A stretch of 64,000 nucleotides of DNA from the human T2T-CHM13v2.0 reference genome, Homo sapiens. Numbering within the stretch: the first letter of the stretch is position 1; every line of letters starts with the position of its first letter. Of the stretch, positions 15,485-31,208 are shown piece after piece. Below the pieces are notes generated by a model. The model was given only the letters and a program-made list of their open reading frames with translations, was not told where the DNA came from and made no database searches. The translations under genes and the position numbers were made by a program. Where the stretch lies: assembly GCF_009914755.1 (NCBI RefSeq), contig NC_060936.1. One strand, 5' to 3'.

Positions 15485-17830
15485 TGTATTAGTCAGTTTT
15501 TATGCTCCTGATAAAGACATTCCCGAGACTGGGATGAAAAGGAGGTTTAATTTGACTTATGGTTCCACATGTCTGCAGAGGTCGCAAAATCATGGCAGAT
15601 GGCAAAAGGCACTTCTTACATTGTGGCAGCAAGAGAGAATGAGGAAGATGCAAAAGTGGAAACCTCTGATAAAACCATCAGATCTCGTGAGACTTATTCA
15701 CTACCACGAGAACAATATGGGGGAAACTGCCCCTATGATTCAAATGATCTCCCACTAAGTCCCTCCCACAACACGTGGTAATTATGGGAGTACAATTCAA
15801 GGTGAGATCCCACCAAGTCCCTCCCACAACACGTGGGAATTATGGGAGTACAATTCAAGATGAGATTTGGGTGAGGACACAGAGCCAAATCGTATCATTC
15901 TACCCTGGCCCCTCCAAATCTCATGTCCTCACATCTCAAAACCAATCATGCCTTCCCAACAGTCCCCCAAAGTCTTAATTCATTTCAGCATTAACCCAAA
16001 AGTCCACAGTCCAAAATCTCATCTGAGACAAGGCAAGTCCCTTCTGCCTATGAGCCTGTAAAATGAAAAGCAAGCTAGTTACTTTCTAGATACAATGGGG
16101 GTACAGGCATTGGGTAAATACAACTGTTCCAAATGGGAGAAATTTGGAAACAAAGGGGTCATAGGGCCCATGCAAGTCTGAGATCCAGTGGGGCAGTCAA
16201 ATTTTAAAGCTCCAAAATTTTAAAGCTCCAAAATGATCTCCTTTGACTCCACGTTTCATATCCAGATCATGCTGATGCAAGAGGTAGGTTCCCATAGTCT
16301 TGGGCAGCTCCACCCTTGTGGCTCTGCAGGGTATCCCCTCCTGGCTGCTTTCATGGGCTGGCGCTGAGTGTCTGCGGCTTTTCCAGGTGCACAGTGCAAG
16401 CTGTTGGTGGATCTACCATTCTGGGGTCTAGAGGACGGTGGCCCGCTTCTCACAGCTCCACTAGGCAGTGCCCCAGTAGGGACTCTGTGGGGGGCTCCGA
16501 CCCCAGATTTCCCTTCTGCACTGTGCTAGCAGAGGTTCTTCATGAGGGCCGTGCCCCTGCAGCAATCTTTTTCCTGGGTATCCAGGCGTTTCCATACATC
16601 TTCTGAAATCGAGGTGGAGGTTCCCAAACCTCAATTCTTGACTTCTGTGCACCACAGGCTCAACACCATGTGGAAGCTGCCAAGGTTTGGGGCTTGCACC
16701 CTCTGAAACCATGGGCAGAGCTGTAACTTGGCCCCTTTTAGCAATGGCTGAAGCGGCTGGGACGTAGGGCACCAAGTCCCTAGGCTGCACACAGCATGGG
16801 AACCCTGGGCCCAGCCCATGAAACCATTTTTTCCTCCTAGGCTTCCAGGTCGGTGAAGGGTGGGGCTGCCATGAAGACCTGTGACATGCCCTGGAGACAT
16901 TTTCCCCATTTTCTTGGGGATTAACATTCGGCTCCTTGTTACTAATGCAAATTTCTGCAGCCAGCTGAATTTCTCCTGAAAAAATGGGTTTTTCTTTTCT
17001 ACTGCATCGTCAGGCTGCAAATTTTCCAAACTTCTATGTTCTGTTTCCCTTTTAAAACAGACTGCTTTTAACAGCACCCAAGTCACCTCTTCAATGTCTT
17101 GCTGCTTAGAAATTTCTTCTGCCAGATACCCTAAATCATCTCCTTCAGGTTCAAAGTTCCACAAATCTCTATGTCAGGGACAAAATGCCACCAGCCTCTT
17201 TGCTAAAGCATAACAAGAGTCACCTTTGCTCCAGTTCCCAACAAGTTCCTCATCTCCATCTGAGACCACCTCAGCCTGGACCTTGTTTTTCACATCACTA
17301 TCAACATTTTTGTCAAAGCCAGTCAACAAGTCTCTAGGAGGTTCCAAACTTTCCCACATTTTCCTGTCTTCTTCTGAGCCCTCCAAACTGTTGCAACCTC
17401 TGCCTGATACCCAGTTCCAAAGTCGCTTCCACATTTCTGGGTATCTTTTCAGCAGCATCCCACTCTAATTTACTATATTAGTCCATATTTACGCTGCTGA
17501 TAAAGACATACCCGAGATGGGAAGAAAAGGAGGCTTAAATTTGATGTTCAGTTCCACATGACTCGGGAGGTCTATAATCATGGCAGAGGGTGAAAGGCCC
17601 CCTTTCTTACATGGCAGCAGCAAAAGAGAATGAGAAAGATGCAAAAGCGGAAACCCCTGATAAAACCAGCAGATCTCATGAGACTTATTCACTACCATGA
17701 GAACAGCATGGGGGAAACCACCCCCTTGATTCAAATTATCTCCCTCCGGGTCCCTCCCACAGCATGTGGAAATTATGGGAGTACAATTCAAGATGAGATT
17801 TGGATGGGAACATAGAGCCAAACCCTATCA
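15485..17830 (-). mobile_element. Full-length THE1 (THE1A-like, ERVL-MaLR): 3'LTR 15485-15897, internal region 15898-17473, 5'LTR 17474-17830
   Basis: Two LTRs (tgtattagtc...gagccaaa..tatca) around THE1-int; 5-bp TSD caaga/caagg; same orientation as OSBPL8. Confidence 0.9.
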
Positions 17831-18138
17831 CAAGGTAATGTTCATGCTTGGAAAAACAGAGAACCAGTGGTCAACAACTCGTTCTTTCTTGTTCAGCATT
17901 GTAACAAGAAGTATTCTCAATTACTTATTTCTTGAAATAATTTTGCAAAATCTTATTCAGGTATTTAAAATTAAAATTTCTATAATATGTAATAAGCAGG
18001 CAGGTTTGGCCCATACTCCTACTTCAAATGCTGGAGGCTTAAAATTTTGTAACATTTAAAATAGAAATCCACATTTCTAGAGTAGGTTCAAATTGGAGAC
18101 TGATGAACACTAGTGAGAAGCTTATTTAAAATAACAAG

Positions 18139-20585
<2,447 letters not shown>

Positions 20586-20895
20586 AATTAATTGACCATG
20601 GATGTCTGGCTTGACATTTAGACACTCAATTCTACTCCATTGGTCAATATGCCTGTTCTTACATAAGTACCACGTTCCTTTGATTACTATAGCTTTATAG
20701 TAAGTTTTGAAATCGAAAAGTGAGAGTCCTCTTTATACTTCTTTTTCAAAATTGTTTTGACTATTTGTGGCCCCTTGCAATTCCATGTGAATTTGAAAAT
20801 CTGCTTTCCCATTTTTGCAAAAAAATAGGCTTGGAATATTGACATGGATTGTGGCGAATCTGTAGGTTGCTTTTAGTAGTACTGTTACGTCCTTA

Positions 20896-21162
20896 TTTTT
20901 TTGAGACAGGGTCTCACTCTGTCTCCCAGGCTGGAGTATAGTAGTGCTGTCACTACACTTGACCTCTCTGGGCTCAGGTGATCCTCCCATCTCAGCTTCC
21001 CGAGTAGCTGAGACTACAGGCGTGTGCCACCATGCCCAGCTGATTTTTCTATTTTTTGTAGAGACAGAGTTTTGCCATGTTGTCCAGTCTGGTCTCAAGC
21101 AGTCCCTCCGCCTCGGCCTCCCAAAGTGCTGAGGTTACAGGCATGAGCCACTGCGCCTGGCC
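20896..21162 (-). mobile_element. AluJ
   Basis: Reverse Alu. Confidence 0.88.
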
Positions 21163-22707
21163 AAAATCTTAACAATATTAACCTTTTCTACCTGAGAACA
21201 TGAGGTGTCTTTCCCTTTATTTAGATGTTCTTTAATTTCTTTAGCAATGTTTTATAGTTTTCACTGTAGAAGTCTTCCAGCTTCTTGGTTAAATTTGTTC
21301 TTTTAGATGCTATTATTGAATTGCTTTCTTAATTTCAAGTGTTCACTGTTAGAAACACAACTGATTTTTGTGTGTTGATCTTATACCCTGCAATTTTTCT
21401 TAAGTTCATTAGCTCCAGTAGCTTTCTATGGATTCTTTGGGATTTTCTATATATAGGATAATGTCACCTGTTAATTAGAGATAGTTTTACTTGTTTCCAA
21501 TTTTGATGACTTCTCTTTTTTTTCTTGCTCTGGCTAGAACTTCCAGTACAATGGTAAGTAGGAGTGGTGAAAGTGGGAATGTTTGTCTTGTTCCTGATGT
21601 TACGGGGAAGGTTTTCAACCTGTCACCACTGAATCTACTATTTGTGGGTTTTTCATAAATGCCCTTAATGATGTTGAGGAAGTCTCTTCTCTTCCTAGAT
21701 TTATGAGGTCTTTCTTTTGTTTATGAAAGGGTGATGGATTTTGTCAAATGCCTTTTCTATGCCAATTGAAATGACCATGTGATTTTCCCCCCTCTTAATG
21801 TGATATATTACATTGATTTTCTTACGTGGAACCAACCTTGCATTTCTGGAATAAATTCCACTTGGTCATGGTGTATAATCTTTCTAATATGCTACTGAAT
21901 TTTGTTTGCTAGTATTTTGTTAAGGATGTATGAATCTTATTTATAAAGGTTATTGTTTGTAACTTTATTTTCTTGTGATGTCTTTATCTGGCTTTGGCAT
22001 TAGGGTAATGTTAGCCTCAGAGAATAAGTTAGGAAATGTTCCCATCTCTTCTATTTTTTAGAGTTTGAGAAGGATTTGTGCTTGTTCTTTAAAGTTTTGT
22101 AGAATTCACCAGTGCAGCCACCTGAACTTGAATTTTTCTTTGGAGGTTTTTGGTTACTGATTCAATCTCTTTATTGTTACAGCTCTATTGAGATTTTCTA
22201 TTTCTTTTTGAGTCAGTTTATGTAATTTGTGAGTTTCTAGGGATTTGTTGGCATACAATTATTCATAGCATTCTCTCATAATCCTATTTCTTTATGATTG
22301 GTAGTAACATCCCCACTTTAATTTCTGATTTTAGTCATTTGTGTCTTCTTTCTTGCTTCCTTAGCCTAGCTGATGGTTTATCGATTTTGTTGATTTTTAT
22401 CAAAGAGCAACTTTTGGTTTGGTTTCACAAATTCTATTTTTTTCCTACTCTCTATTTTGTTTATCTGTACTCTAATCTTCATTATTTTCTTCTTCTGCTA
22501 GCTTTGGGTTTAGTTTTTTCTTCTTTTTCCAGTTTCTCACGGAATGAAGTAAGGTTATTGATTTGAGATCTCTCTTAATGTAGATGTTCACAGATATATA
22601 TTTTCCTTACCTTTGCTGCATCTCGTAAGTTTTGTTATACTATATATTTGTTTTCACTTGTCTAAGTATTATCTAATTTCCCTTGTGTTTTTCTTTGACC
22701 CATTGAG

Positions 22708-22856
22708 TTTGTTTTGTTTTGTTTTGTTTGTTTCTGAGACAAAGTCTCACTCTGTTGCCCAGGCTGGAGTGCAATGGTGTGATCTTGGCTCACTACAACC
22801 TCCGTCTCCCAGGTTCACATGATTCTCATGCCTCAACCAACTGAGTAGCTGGGATT
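22708..22856 (-). mobile_element. Alu right-arm fragment with (GTTTT)n tail
   Basis: Half Alu only. Confidence 0.85.
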
Positions 22857-23149
22857 TACTGAGACACGTCATATGGCATAACATATGGTCTATCCTGGAG
22901 AATGTTCCACGTACACTTGAGAAGAATGTGTATTCTTCCATGGTTGGGTGGATTGTTCTATGTGTCTGCTAGGTCAAGTTGGTTTACAGTGTGGTTCAAG
23001 TTAATCCCTTTCCTCCTTATTGATCTTCTATCTAGAGGTTCTACCCATTATTAAAAGTAGATTACTGAATTCTTCATCTATTGTTATAGAGCTGTTTCTA
23101 TCTTCCAATTCTGTCAGTTTGCTTTGTATATTTTGGGGCTTTGTTGATT

Positions 23150-23150
<1 letters not shown>

Positions 23151-23184
<34 letters not shown>
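23151..23184. repeat. (GT)n microsatellite, about 17 units
   Basis: Direct read. Confidence 0.95.
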
Positions 23185-23187
<3 letters not shown>

Positions 23188-25143
23188 AATTGACCCTTTT
23201 ATCAATACGCCATGTTCTTTTTGTCTCTTGTAACAATTTTTGACTTAAAGTCTATTTAGTCTGACAGTATAACCACCTCAGTTTTCCTTTGGTTACTATT
23301 GGCCACCTCATTTTTCCTTTGGTTACTATTTGCACATAATATTTTTTTCCAAACTTTCATTTTTCTCTATTTCTGCCTATGGATCTAAAGTGAATCTCTT
23401 GTACACAGCAAATAGTTGGGTCATGTTTATTTTAATCAATTTTTACAATCTGTCTTTTGCTCGGAGAGTTTAATCTATTTACATTTTAAAATAACTACTG
23501 ATAAGAACTTACCTCTGATTTTGCTATTTTCTATATGTCATATACGTTTTTTGTTTCTTATTTACTCCATTACTGCCTGCTTTTGTGTTTGCTTCCTGTG
23601 TAAACTGTTTCAATTCCCTTCTCATTTTCTTTTGTGTGTATTTTTTTAGATATTTCATTTGTGGTTACTATGGGGATGACATTTACACCTACCTCTACAA
23701 CAATCTAGTTTGAGTTGATACCAACTTAACTTCAGTAGTACATAAAAACTTTCCTCCTATACAGCTCCATCCTCTCTGCTTTTATGTTGTAATGAACTAT
23801 ATCTTTACACATTGTATGTCTGATAACAAAGATATGTAATTAAATTATTTTTCATTCATTTATTTTTTAAGTCCTGCAGGAAATAAAAAGTGGACTTACA
23901 AACTAAAATTACAATAGCACTAGCTTTTATATTTGTCCAACTATTTACTAAAAATCTTTATTTCTTCATACAGCTTTGAGTTTCATTTTATTACATATTT
24001 ACCTTAGCATTTTTTTGTAGGGCAGGTCTAGTGGTAATGAACTCCCTCAGCTTTTATCTGGGAATGTCTTAATTTCTCCCCCATTTTCGAATGACAGTTT
24101 TGCCAGATACAGAATTCTTGATTGACAAGTTTTTGCTTCTACCACTTTAAATATGTCATCTCATTGCCTTCTGGCCCCCATGGTTTCTATAAGATATCGG
24201 TTGTTAATCCTATGGATGATCCCCAGTGTATGTGATAAGTTGTTTCTCTCTGCTGATTTTAAGACTCTCTTTGGCTTTTGACAGTTTGTTGTGGTGTGGG
24301 TCTCTCTGAGATCATCCTACTTGGAGTTTGTTGAGCTTCTTGAATTTGTAGATTTATATCTTCCACCAAATTTGGGGATTGGGGGGTCTTCTTTCCTTAA
24401 ATATTCTTCATTCATTTTTCTGTCTTCTCTTTGTGGAACTCCCATAATGCAATGATAACCCACTTGATGGTGTCCCATGGGTCCTTTAGGCTCTGTTCAC
24501 CTCACTTCATTCATTTTTCTTTCTCCTCCTCAGACTGGATAATTTTTATGGTCTTATCTCTAAGTTTCCTGATCCTGTCTTATGCTTGCTTATATCTGCT
24601 TTTGAATACCTCTAGTGAATTTTCATTTTTGTTATACTTTTCAGCTCCAGAATTTGTTTGGCTCCCTTGAATAATTTGTCTTTATTGATTTTCTCAGAGA
24701 TGAGTGCCTGTGTAAGTCCTTCAGGTAGTATTCTGACAGGTTAGGACAGACATACACAATTGTGTATGAGGTCCACTCTGCTCCTTCTGGAACTAGGGAC
24801 TTACACTGGCAACGCAGGGGCTCTTCAAGACTGCTACTGCACTGGGATGGACCTGGGGCAAGGGCAGGTAAAATGCCACAAAGCTTTCCTCTCTTTGCAC
24901 TTTCTTGACCAGTGTTCACTTGGTTGCTGAACACCTCTGACTGTTTTCCAGAGTTCTGGCAAATTGAGTTGACAGTTTTTGCTTGTTTTCTGATGTTTCT
25001 TTGGGGTAAGAAGAGTTCAGAGCTGCGTATTTTGCTCACCCAAAATTTTAAATTTTGAAACCAAATTTTAAATGTTGGTTGCTATAGATACTAAAGATTT
25101 AACAGATTTATATACCTAGTGTACCTAGTTTTTTATTACATAC

Positions 25144-25231
25144 CATTGGAGTACGATGTTTCACTTTGGTCTGAATAACACCATCTTTTTCAAACTGTAT
25201 CATATCATTAAGTGGGTCCCATGGTCGGGTA
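25144..25231 (-). CDS. OSBPL8: OSBPL8 exon (TRPWDPLND...KHRTPM)
   Basis: 88 nt, phase 2-0; ATG|GTATGT donor. Confidence 0.94.
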
Positions 25232-25567
25232 CTACATAAATGAAAAAAAAAAAAAACCATTTGCTCAATGACTAAACAAAGAACTTTAAAACTTTCTATT
25301 CTATGATCCAATTTTATTAATAATTATATACATAGTTCTAATAATGAGATTTCCCCATACCTAATCTTCAGATCCTCAACTTATTTTATAGGCTAACTTC
25401 TATCATAGAGTCAAGCTTATAATGAATGCAAAACCAAGTTTAAAAATCTCACACTAATATACATGGTTTAATTAAATAAAAACTACTCCAGCAACAAATA
25501 TTCTAGAAATAAAGGCAACAAACCATGCTAATACATTGTTTGAAATAAACTATTTTAAGTTACTTAC

Positions 25568-25753
25568 TCTGCAAACTTGTAATGCCATTCTCCTGTGAGT
25601 GGATCAAGTTCAAATAATTTGCAAGACCACTCTTCATTTTTTGTTTTCCGATCCCTGGCAGCTTGTCTTTGAGCTTCTTCCAAAACATACTTCTCTTGGG
25701 TAGCTTCAGTTTGGTCTTTGGCATTTATGGCTCGAGTTACCCGTTGCCAGAGT
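25568..25753 (-). CDS. OSBPL8: OSBPL8 exon (LWQRVTRAI...EKYVLEEAQR...WHYKFA), ORD C-terminal part
   Basis: 186 nt, phase 2-2; GA|GTAAGT; OSBP-family K..LEE.QR motif. Confidence 0.95.
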
Positions 25754-26156
25754 CTAATACATGTGCGAAAATATTAAAAGTATTAAAAATGTAACAGAAA
25801 ATAAAATCTATATAGAATAGGCCTCAAATCCCTTGTAGAGAAAATAATGCTCACATGAATTTCTGGCTTTGACAACACTTACGCTCATAGGCTTAGAAAT
25901 GAGTCAAGATATAAATCCAGTCCCTTGAGTAGAGAGAGACCTGTTCATAAGTGGAGACTAATTTTTTTTACTTGGCAAGAGAAACTTACTACATAGACTC
26001 TTAAACTCATGATAGTAAGTGTTGAAGTGTTGCTGGCTCAAGATGATAGGATGTAATGAAGGTAAAGCTCAGGAATCTACGCTTTTAGCAAGCTTCCTAG
26101 ATGCGTCTTACACTGTTTAAGATTCACTGGCTTCATAAAGATCCATTAATGTAATG

Positions 26157-26296
26157 CAGTGCTTCTGAAGTTTGGATCCATGAATTATCAGAGAATTTTT
26201 ATAATCAGAATCTCTGGGGTCAGGCGCAAGTATTGATATATTTTTTAAATGTTTCCCCAAAATATTTTAATGTATTGCTAGTGTTGAGAACCACTG
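26157..26296. mobile_element. MER5A-like hAT-Charlie MITE
   Basis: cagtgcttct...atcagaatctctgggg...tgagaaccactg termini. Confidence 0.65.
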
Positions 26297-26389
26297 GTTT
26301 AACAGAAAAGACTACTGAGGTAAAATGATTTCCCCTACTAGTTCTTTCTTCTGTTAAATAAAAGTATATCTATATCCTACCCATCTAGA

Positions 26390-26545
26390 AAGGCAGCATG
26401 TTAAAACCAGAAAAGGCTTTGGGATCAGATAGACATGAGTCAAGTCCTAGAGCTGCCACTTCTTAGCTGGTGCACTTAAAGTTATTTATCCTAAGTCTCA
26501 TTTCCTCATCTTCAAATATGCTGAATTATATACTCTCACAAATTA
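26390..26545 (+). mobile_element. MIR
   Basis: ggctttgggatcagatagac...gccacttcttagctg...tttcctcatc. Confidence 0.6.
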
Positions 26546-27378
26546 TCATATGTATGCCTTGGCAAAGCTTATCTCTGGAAAAAGAACATCAAATGGTTAT
26601 GGCTGAGACAGAATTTTTAGAACTGGTACATATACATTCTTCCATCTTTGACAACCTCAAATTTGAGTGTAGAAGGGAAGGTACACAGACTTGAATTCCC
26701 ATGACAGAGAATGATATGTATGTGCAAACATGTAGGGAGGACAAAGTTGCATAATAAGTACTAAGTGCCTAGCAAAATATCTCTTATACATAAGTCTCTT
26801 TCTCTTAACACAAAGATATAACAACAATAAAATAGGGAATGTGTATACAATATTTCTGATTCAAAAATATAAGCCATCTAGCAAGAAGTTCATGACTTAA
26901 GAACAGAAATGATAGCCTTAGTTATTACCCAACTAATAAATCCTATAGAAGCCAGTCCATCCAGTAACTTTACTTTTGTATCAGAGAATGGAACAGAAGT
27001 AGATTCTGCACCACTCCCTTTACCTAGAGTTCTAATGCTTAAATCAGGTTAGAAAACTGTTGCCAGGTAGAAACTAAGAGTCATTAATTAGTCCTGTAAT
27101 CTTATTTAAACAAAAACGTTCTTTCTTTCTTTTTTTTTAAGGTGCTGGAACAATTGAGAAAGAAAAAAATGAGTAGTTTTGAGCTACAGAAAAGCAAGAC
27201 GATTTATATTATATTTGACATTCATATACACAAAAACAGAATACTGTCACTTCCACAAATGATAAACTATTTTGCTGAATTAAGATATGACAGAAGGTGA
27301 CAAAATGACCATATCATTAAGGAATTGAAAAACTACTCTCTGATCCTCATGAAGTTAGCTGTAAAACAGTATACTTAC

Positions 27379-27515
27379 TTCTCTGATTCAAAATCTCCCT
27401 GTTCTTCAAATTTTACAGTGTGCCTTATTAATCTCCATTGCTTAATGTCAGGTGTTGGATTCCAGAAAACCTCTGAATTATCAGTCTTTTTATCAGTAAT
27501 AAAAACTTCACTATC
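27379..27515 (-). CDS. OSBPL8: OSBPL8 exon (DSEVFITD...EQGDFESE)
   Basis: 137 nt, phase 0-2; AA|GTAAGT. Confidence 0.94.
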
Positions 27516-27983
27516 CTATATTTAAAAAAATTCAAAATTAATGTAAAGAATTATACTTAGAAGGCAATTATATAGTATAGTAATATGACGGTGATAATTT
27601 CTTCTGGTTAATCCTCCAGTTAAAAGCATTTTTAAAACAAATATAACTAGCACTTTTCCAAAAACTCCAAGTTTCTTATCATTTTTATAAAAACATTAAG
27701 ATTGACTACGTAATACTAGTTAATTAAAAAGAATTTGGTTGAATATCCAGTTTGTGAAATTTCATAAGTTTTACTTAATAAATTTCAAACATTACATGCA
27801 AAGCCTCAATAACCATCTCCAAACTGTCCAAGTAGAGCATAGTATTTGTTGCAGCTACAATGAGATGCTGTTGACTATCCATGGATTCAATATACTCAAA
27901 CATACACACACACACATCCCTCTGAAAGAGCCTTTACTAGCATTAAAAATTTGAGGTCTATCTCTATCGAATAATCTTTCTAT

Positions 27984-28414
27984 CTAAGACATGGACGGTC
28001 TTGCTCTCTTGTGTAGGCTGGAGTGCAGCGGTGCTATCTACCTTATCTATCTAATCTATTTTACCTATCTAATTTATCTACCTGTTTAACCATCCTTCTC
28101 CTTCTCTCTCTCTCTGTCATCTCTCACTCTCATCTCTATCTTATCTATCTGTCTGAGACAGGGTCTTGCTTTCTCACCCAGGCTGGAGGGCAGTAGCACA
28201 ATCATGGCTCACTGCAGCTTCCACCTCCCAGGCTCAAGCAATCTTCCTGCCTTAGCTTCCTGAGTAGCTGGGACAGGCATGTGCCATCATGCCCATCTAA
28301 TTTTTTTATTTTTATTTTTAGTAGAGAAGAGGTCTTGTTATGTCACCCAGGCTGATCTCAAACTCCTGAGCTTCCCAAAGTGCTGGAATTATAGGTGTGA
28401 GCCACCCCACCCAG
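27984..28414 (-). mobile_element. Alu fragment, degenerate (TATC)/(TC)n tract and AluJ (28153-28414)
   Basis: Short Alu piece at 27984-28035, simple repeat at 28036-28152, then a reverse AluJ. Confidence 0.8.
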
Positions 28415-28802
28415 ACAGAAATTTCATTTTTTAAAAATGACTGCTGCTTTATCTTTTTTCCAGAAGACTCTCAGATTTAAGGCAATTAAAAAAAATTTTC
28501 AGAGTGTATGTGGCCACTTAACAAAGTCCCTAACTTCACTTTCTCATATTTCTCAACATTTTCTGCTTACTGCATGCAGAAAGGAGCATATACTCAGTGC
28601 TCATAGTATGGTATATCCATGCAGTACCATGATTCTTTTTATTCATTTAAGCGTCTCTTAACAAAATTACATAAATATGAATTTAGGTTAGCAGAGAAGT
28701 AAATAAAAGCCATTGCTCTCACACACCACTATATCCTTTCCATGTTCCACTGAAAGGAATATAACTCTAATTGGAACTATGCCTCTTTCTTCTATGTGAG
28801 TA

Positions 28803-29062
28803 GAGTGCTGTGCATAAAAGCACAGTCCTGGGGCCAGGGTTCCTGGGCTTTAATTCTTGTTCCACTACCTACTTTGAGCAAATTATGTGAACTCTCTGTG
28901 CCTCAGTGTCCTCTTCTGTAAAATGGGGACAATAATAAACAATAATAAAATGGGCATGGCACCTATATACTCACCTCATAGCGTTATATGTTATAAATAT
29001 TAAATCAGTTAATATGAGTAACATTCTTAAATAATGCAGTAAGTCATATATAAGTGTTAGCT
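28803..29062 (+). mobile_element. MIR
   Basis: ctctctgtgcctcagtgtcctcttctgtaaaatgggg core. Confidence 0.7.
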
Positions 29063-29275
29063 ATTTCTACTGATTTTAAGTTTTGGAAATAAAATATTAC
29101 ACAAAATTAACTACTGTTGATAACAGAACACCACCAAAATATCTGCTATTAAGATGAAGCTTATGTTAAATAGTGATGTTTTCAGCAACGGAATAAGTTT
29201 TAAATTTTAAATGTGATTTTTTTTTTTCCCACAGAATAAAATTCTTTTTGTAAAGCTCATATACAAAATACTTAC

Positions 29276-29365
29276 CCAATGACCTTCCAAAGTAGCTAGG
29301 ACTTCTTTTCCCAGTTTAAGTTTCCCTGATATTTGATTAACACAGTCACTACTCCCTAGGAATGG
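29276..29365 (-). CDS. OSBPL8: OSBPL8 exon (PFLGSSDC...LEGHW)
   Basis: 90 nt, phase 0-0; AAG acceptor, TGG|GTAAGT. Confidence 0.93.
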
Positions 29366-30204
29366 CTTTTAAACGAGAAAATGTTAAACATTTTACTTTT
29401 CACTTATATTTACATATAATGTAAAACCAAAACAAAAAACCCAACAAAAATTGCTTGTATAGTTACAGTACTATTGAATGCACAAGCAGTAAAAAAATAC
29501 TGACTCAAATTTTAGTTAGAAATGTTTAATAAGAAATCTGAATTGCTGCTATGAAAAAAATAGGATAAAACAAGCAGACTATATTAAATCAAAATAAACA
29601 TATTAAGAAAGATCACCCTGATATAACTGACTCATGTTCCATGTATGCTCAAATCCTGTGTCCTCCCCTAACTGTCAAGACTGTGCCCTATCAATGTGAC
29701 GTTATCTTAAGCAATAACAACTCAATAAACCTAATGGAATTAACGATCCATTGAAATAAATAACACCCCTTCCTTAAAAAACAAACAAACAAAAGTAAAA
29801 TATATAGCCAAAAAAAGCCTCCAAAAAATAAAATTAGAAGGAATACACTGAGTTACTATAATGCCTTACTAACATCTCTCCTTAGAGACAAAATTTTGAT
29901 GCTCCAATGTCATACTTAAAGGCATCATATATACTTAAGAACTCATTCATCATGATCTTCAAACATTATCATCACCATACAAGGAAAATTTTGCCAAGGT
30001 GAAAGAAAAATAAAATAAAAGACATTGCATCAAATAATACTTAAGAGGTCTTTTTTATCAGAGCAAAATTGCTTATCAGCTGGATATCAACATAGCAGCA
30101 ATTTAGTAATAAATATTACTAGTTTACAGAAATATTTTTATCTGAATATACTATTGTTCAAGAACAATTAATTCACATTAAGTTCTCAAATTTCCCTTTC
30201 ATTT

Positions 30205-30821
30205 TGAGGCAGACAAAAATTTCCAAAGATGGCCTTGACAATACGTACCCTCTCCCCTTCAGCCCACATACTCTTCCTCAAGGAGACCTTGCCACTCTCC
30301 CAATGAGAAGTGGGGTCTATATTTCTTCTCCTTGAATTTGGGTGGTCTTACAATTCTCCAAATAATAGAAGATGGTGGAAGTGATATAATTTGGCTTCTC
30401 AGGCTAGGTCATGGAAAGGAAATGCAGTTTCTGTCTTGCTCACTGGGGCACTTGCACTTTGAAACCCTCAACTGCCAAGTAAGAAGTCTACTTTGAGGCT
30501 GTCATGCTGTCAGGAAATCAAGTCACATGGAAAGGCCATGTATACAGGTGCTCAGATTAGCAGTTCTAGTTCTTCGGTCACCCTAGACCAGGTATCAGAT
30601 ATGTAAGTGATAAGCCTTCAGGTGATTACAGTCCCTAACTATTGAGTCACCCATGGCCTACAAAGTCTTTCTGAGACCCCAGACATTATGAAGCAGAGAT
30701 AAGCTATCCCCAGTATACCCTGTCCAAATTTTTGACTCACAGAACTCATGAGGAACAGCACATAGTTATTAAGTCTGTGAGTTTTAGAGTAACTTATTAC
30801 ACAGAAATAGTGACTAATACA
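30205..30821 (+). mobile_element. MLT1 (H-like) MaLR solo LTR
   Basis: tg.ggcaga...ccaaagatggcc start; actaataca end. Confidence 0.65.
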
Positions 30822-31208
30822 ACTGTGCCTTGGTTTACACAGCTAGACTGCAAGATGACACATATCTTCTGGTATTTGGTAAAAACAATCCTTTAATTTA
30901 CTAAGAAATTTCTATCCAATCACTTCTTAAATCTCATCTTCTATATAATACCCACAGTTTTATTAATTAAGATGAAAAACAAAAAATGTCTTTTGTGTTA
31001 ATTTGAATTTTCCAAGGCTGCTATCTTAGGCTACCCGAAGATACTCACCCAGCCTTGCCCTTATTCCTTAGATGCACTTATCCTTGACATGACATAAATT
31101 GTGTTCTTACATTTAGTCCTTAATTAGGAAATACATGGTGCCCTTTATTCAATATTTATTGTATGGCTCTCCTTTAGCTAGGTGATACCTACTGTATTGT
31201 CTACTAAC

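Larger units (their letters stand above)
20590..25040 (-). mobile_element. Old L1M fragments (ORF2, ORF1 and 5' remnants) interrupted by Alus
   Basis: T-rich decayed antisense L1; ORF remnant EEYTFFSSVRGTFSRIDHML (L1 endonuclease). Confidence 0.75.

Noticed and set aside
17725-17742. DUX4 site in the THE1 LTRs
   Set aside because: Spacing is TAATTTGAATCA in one LTR and TCATTTGAATCA in the other, not the canonical TAAYBBAATCA
15450-17821. THE1-int ORFs up to 177 aa
   Set aside because: Fragmented MaLR remnants
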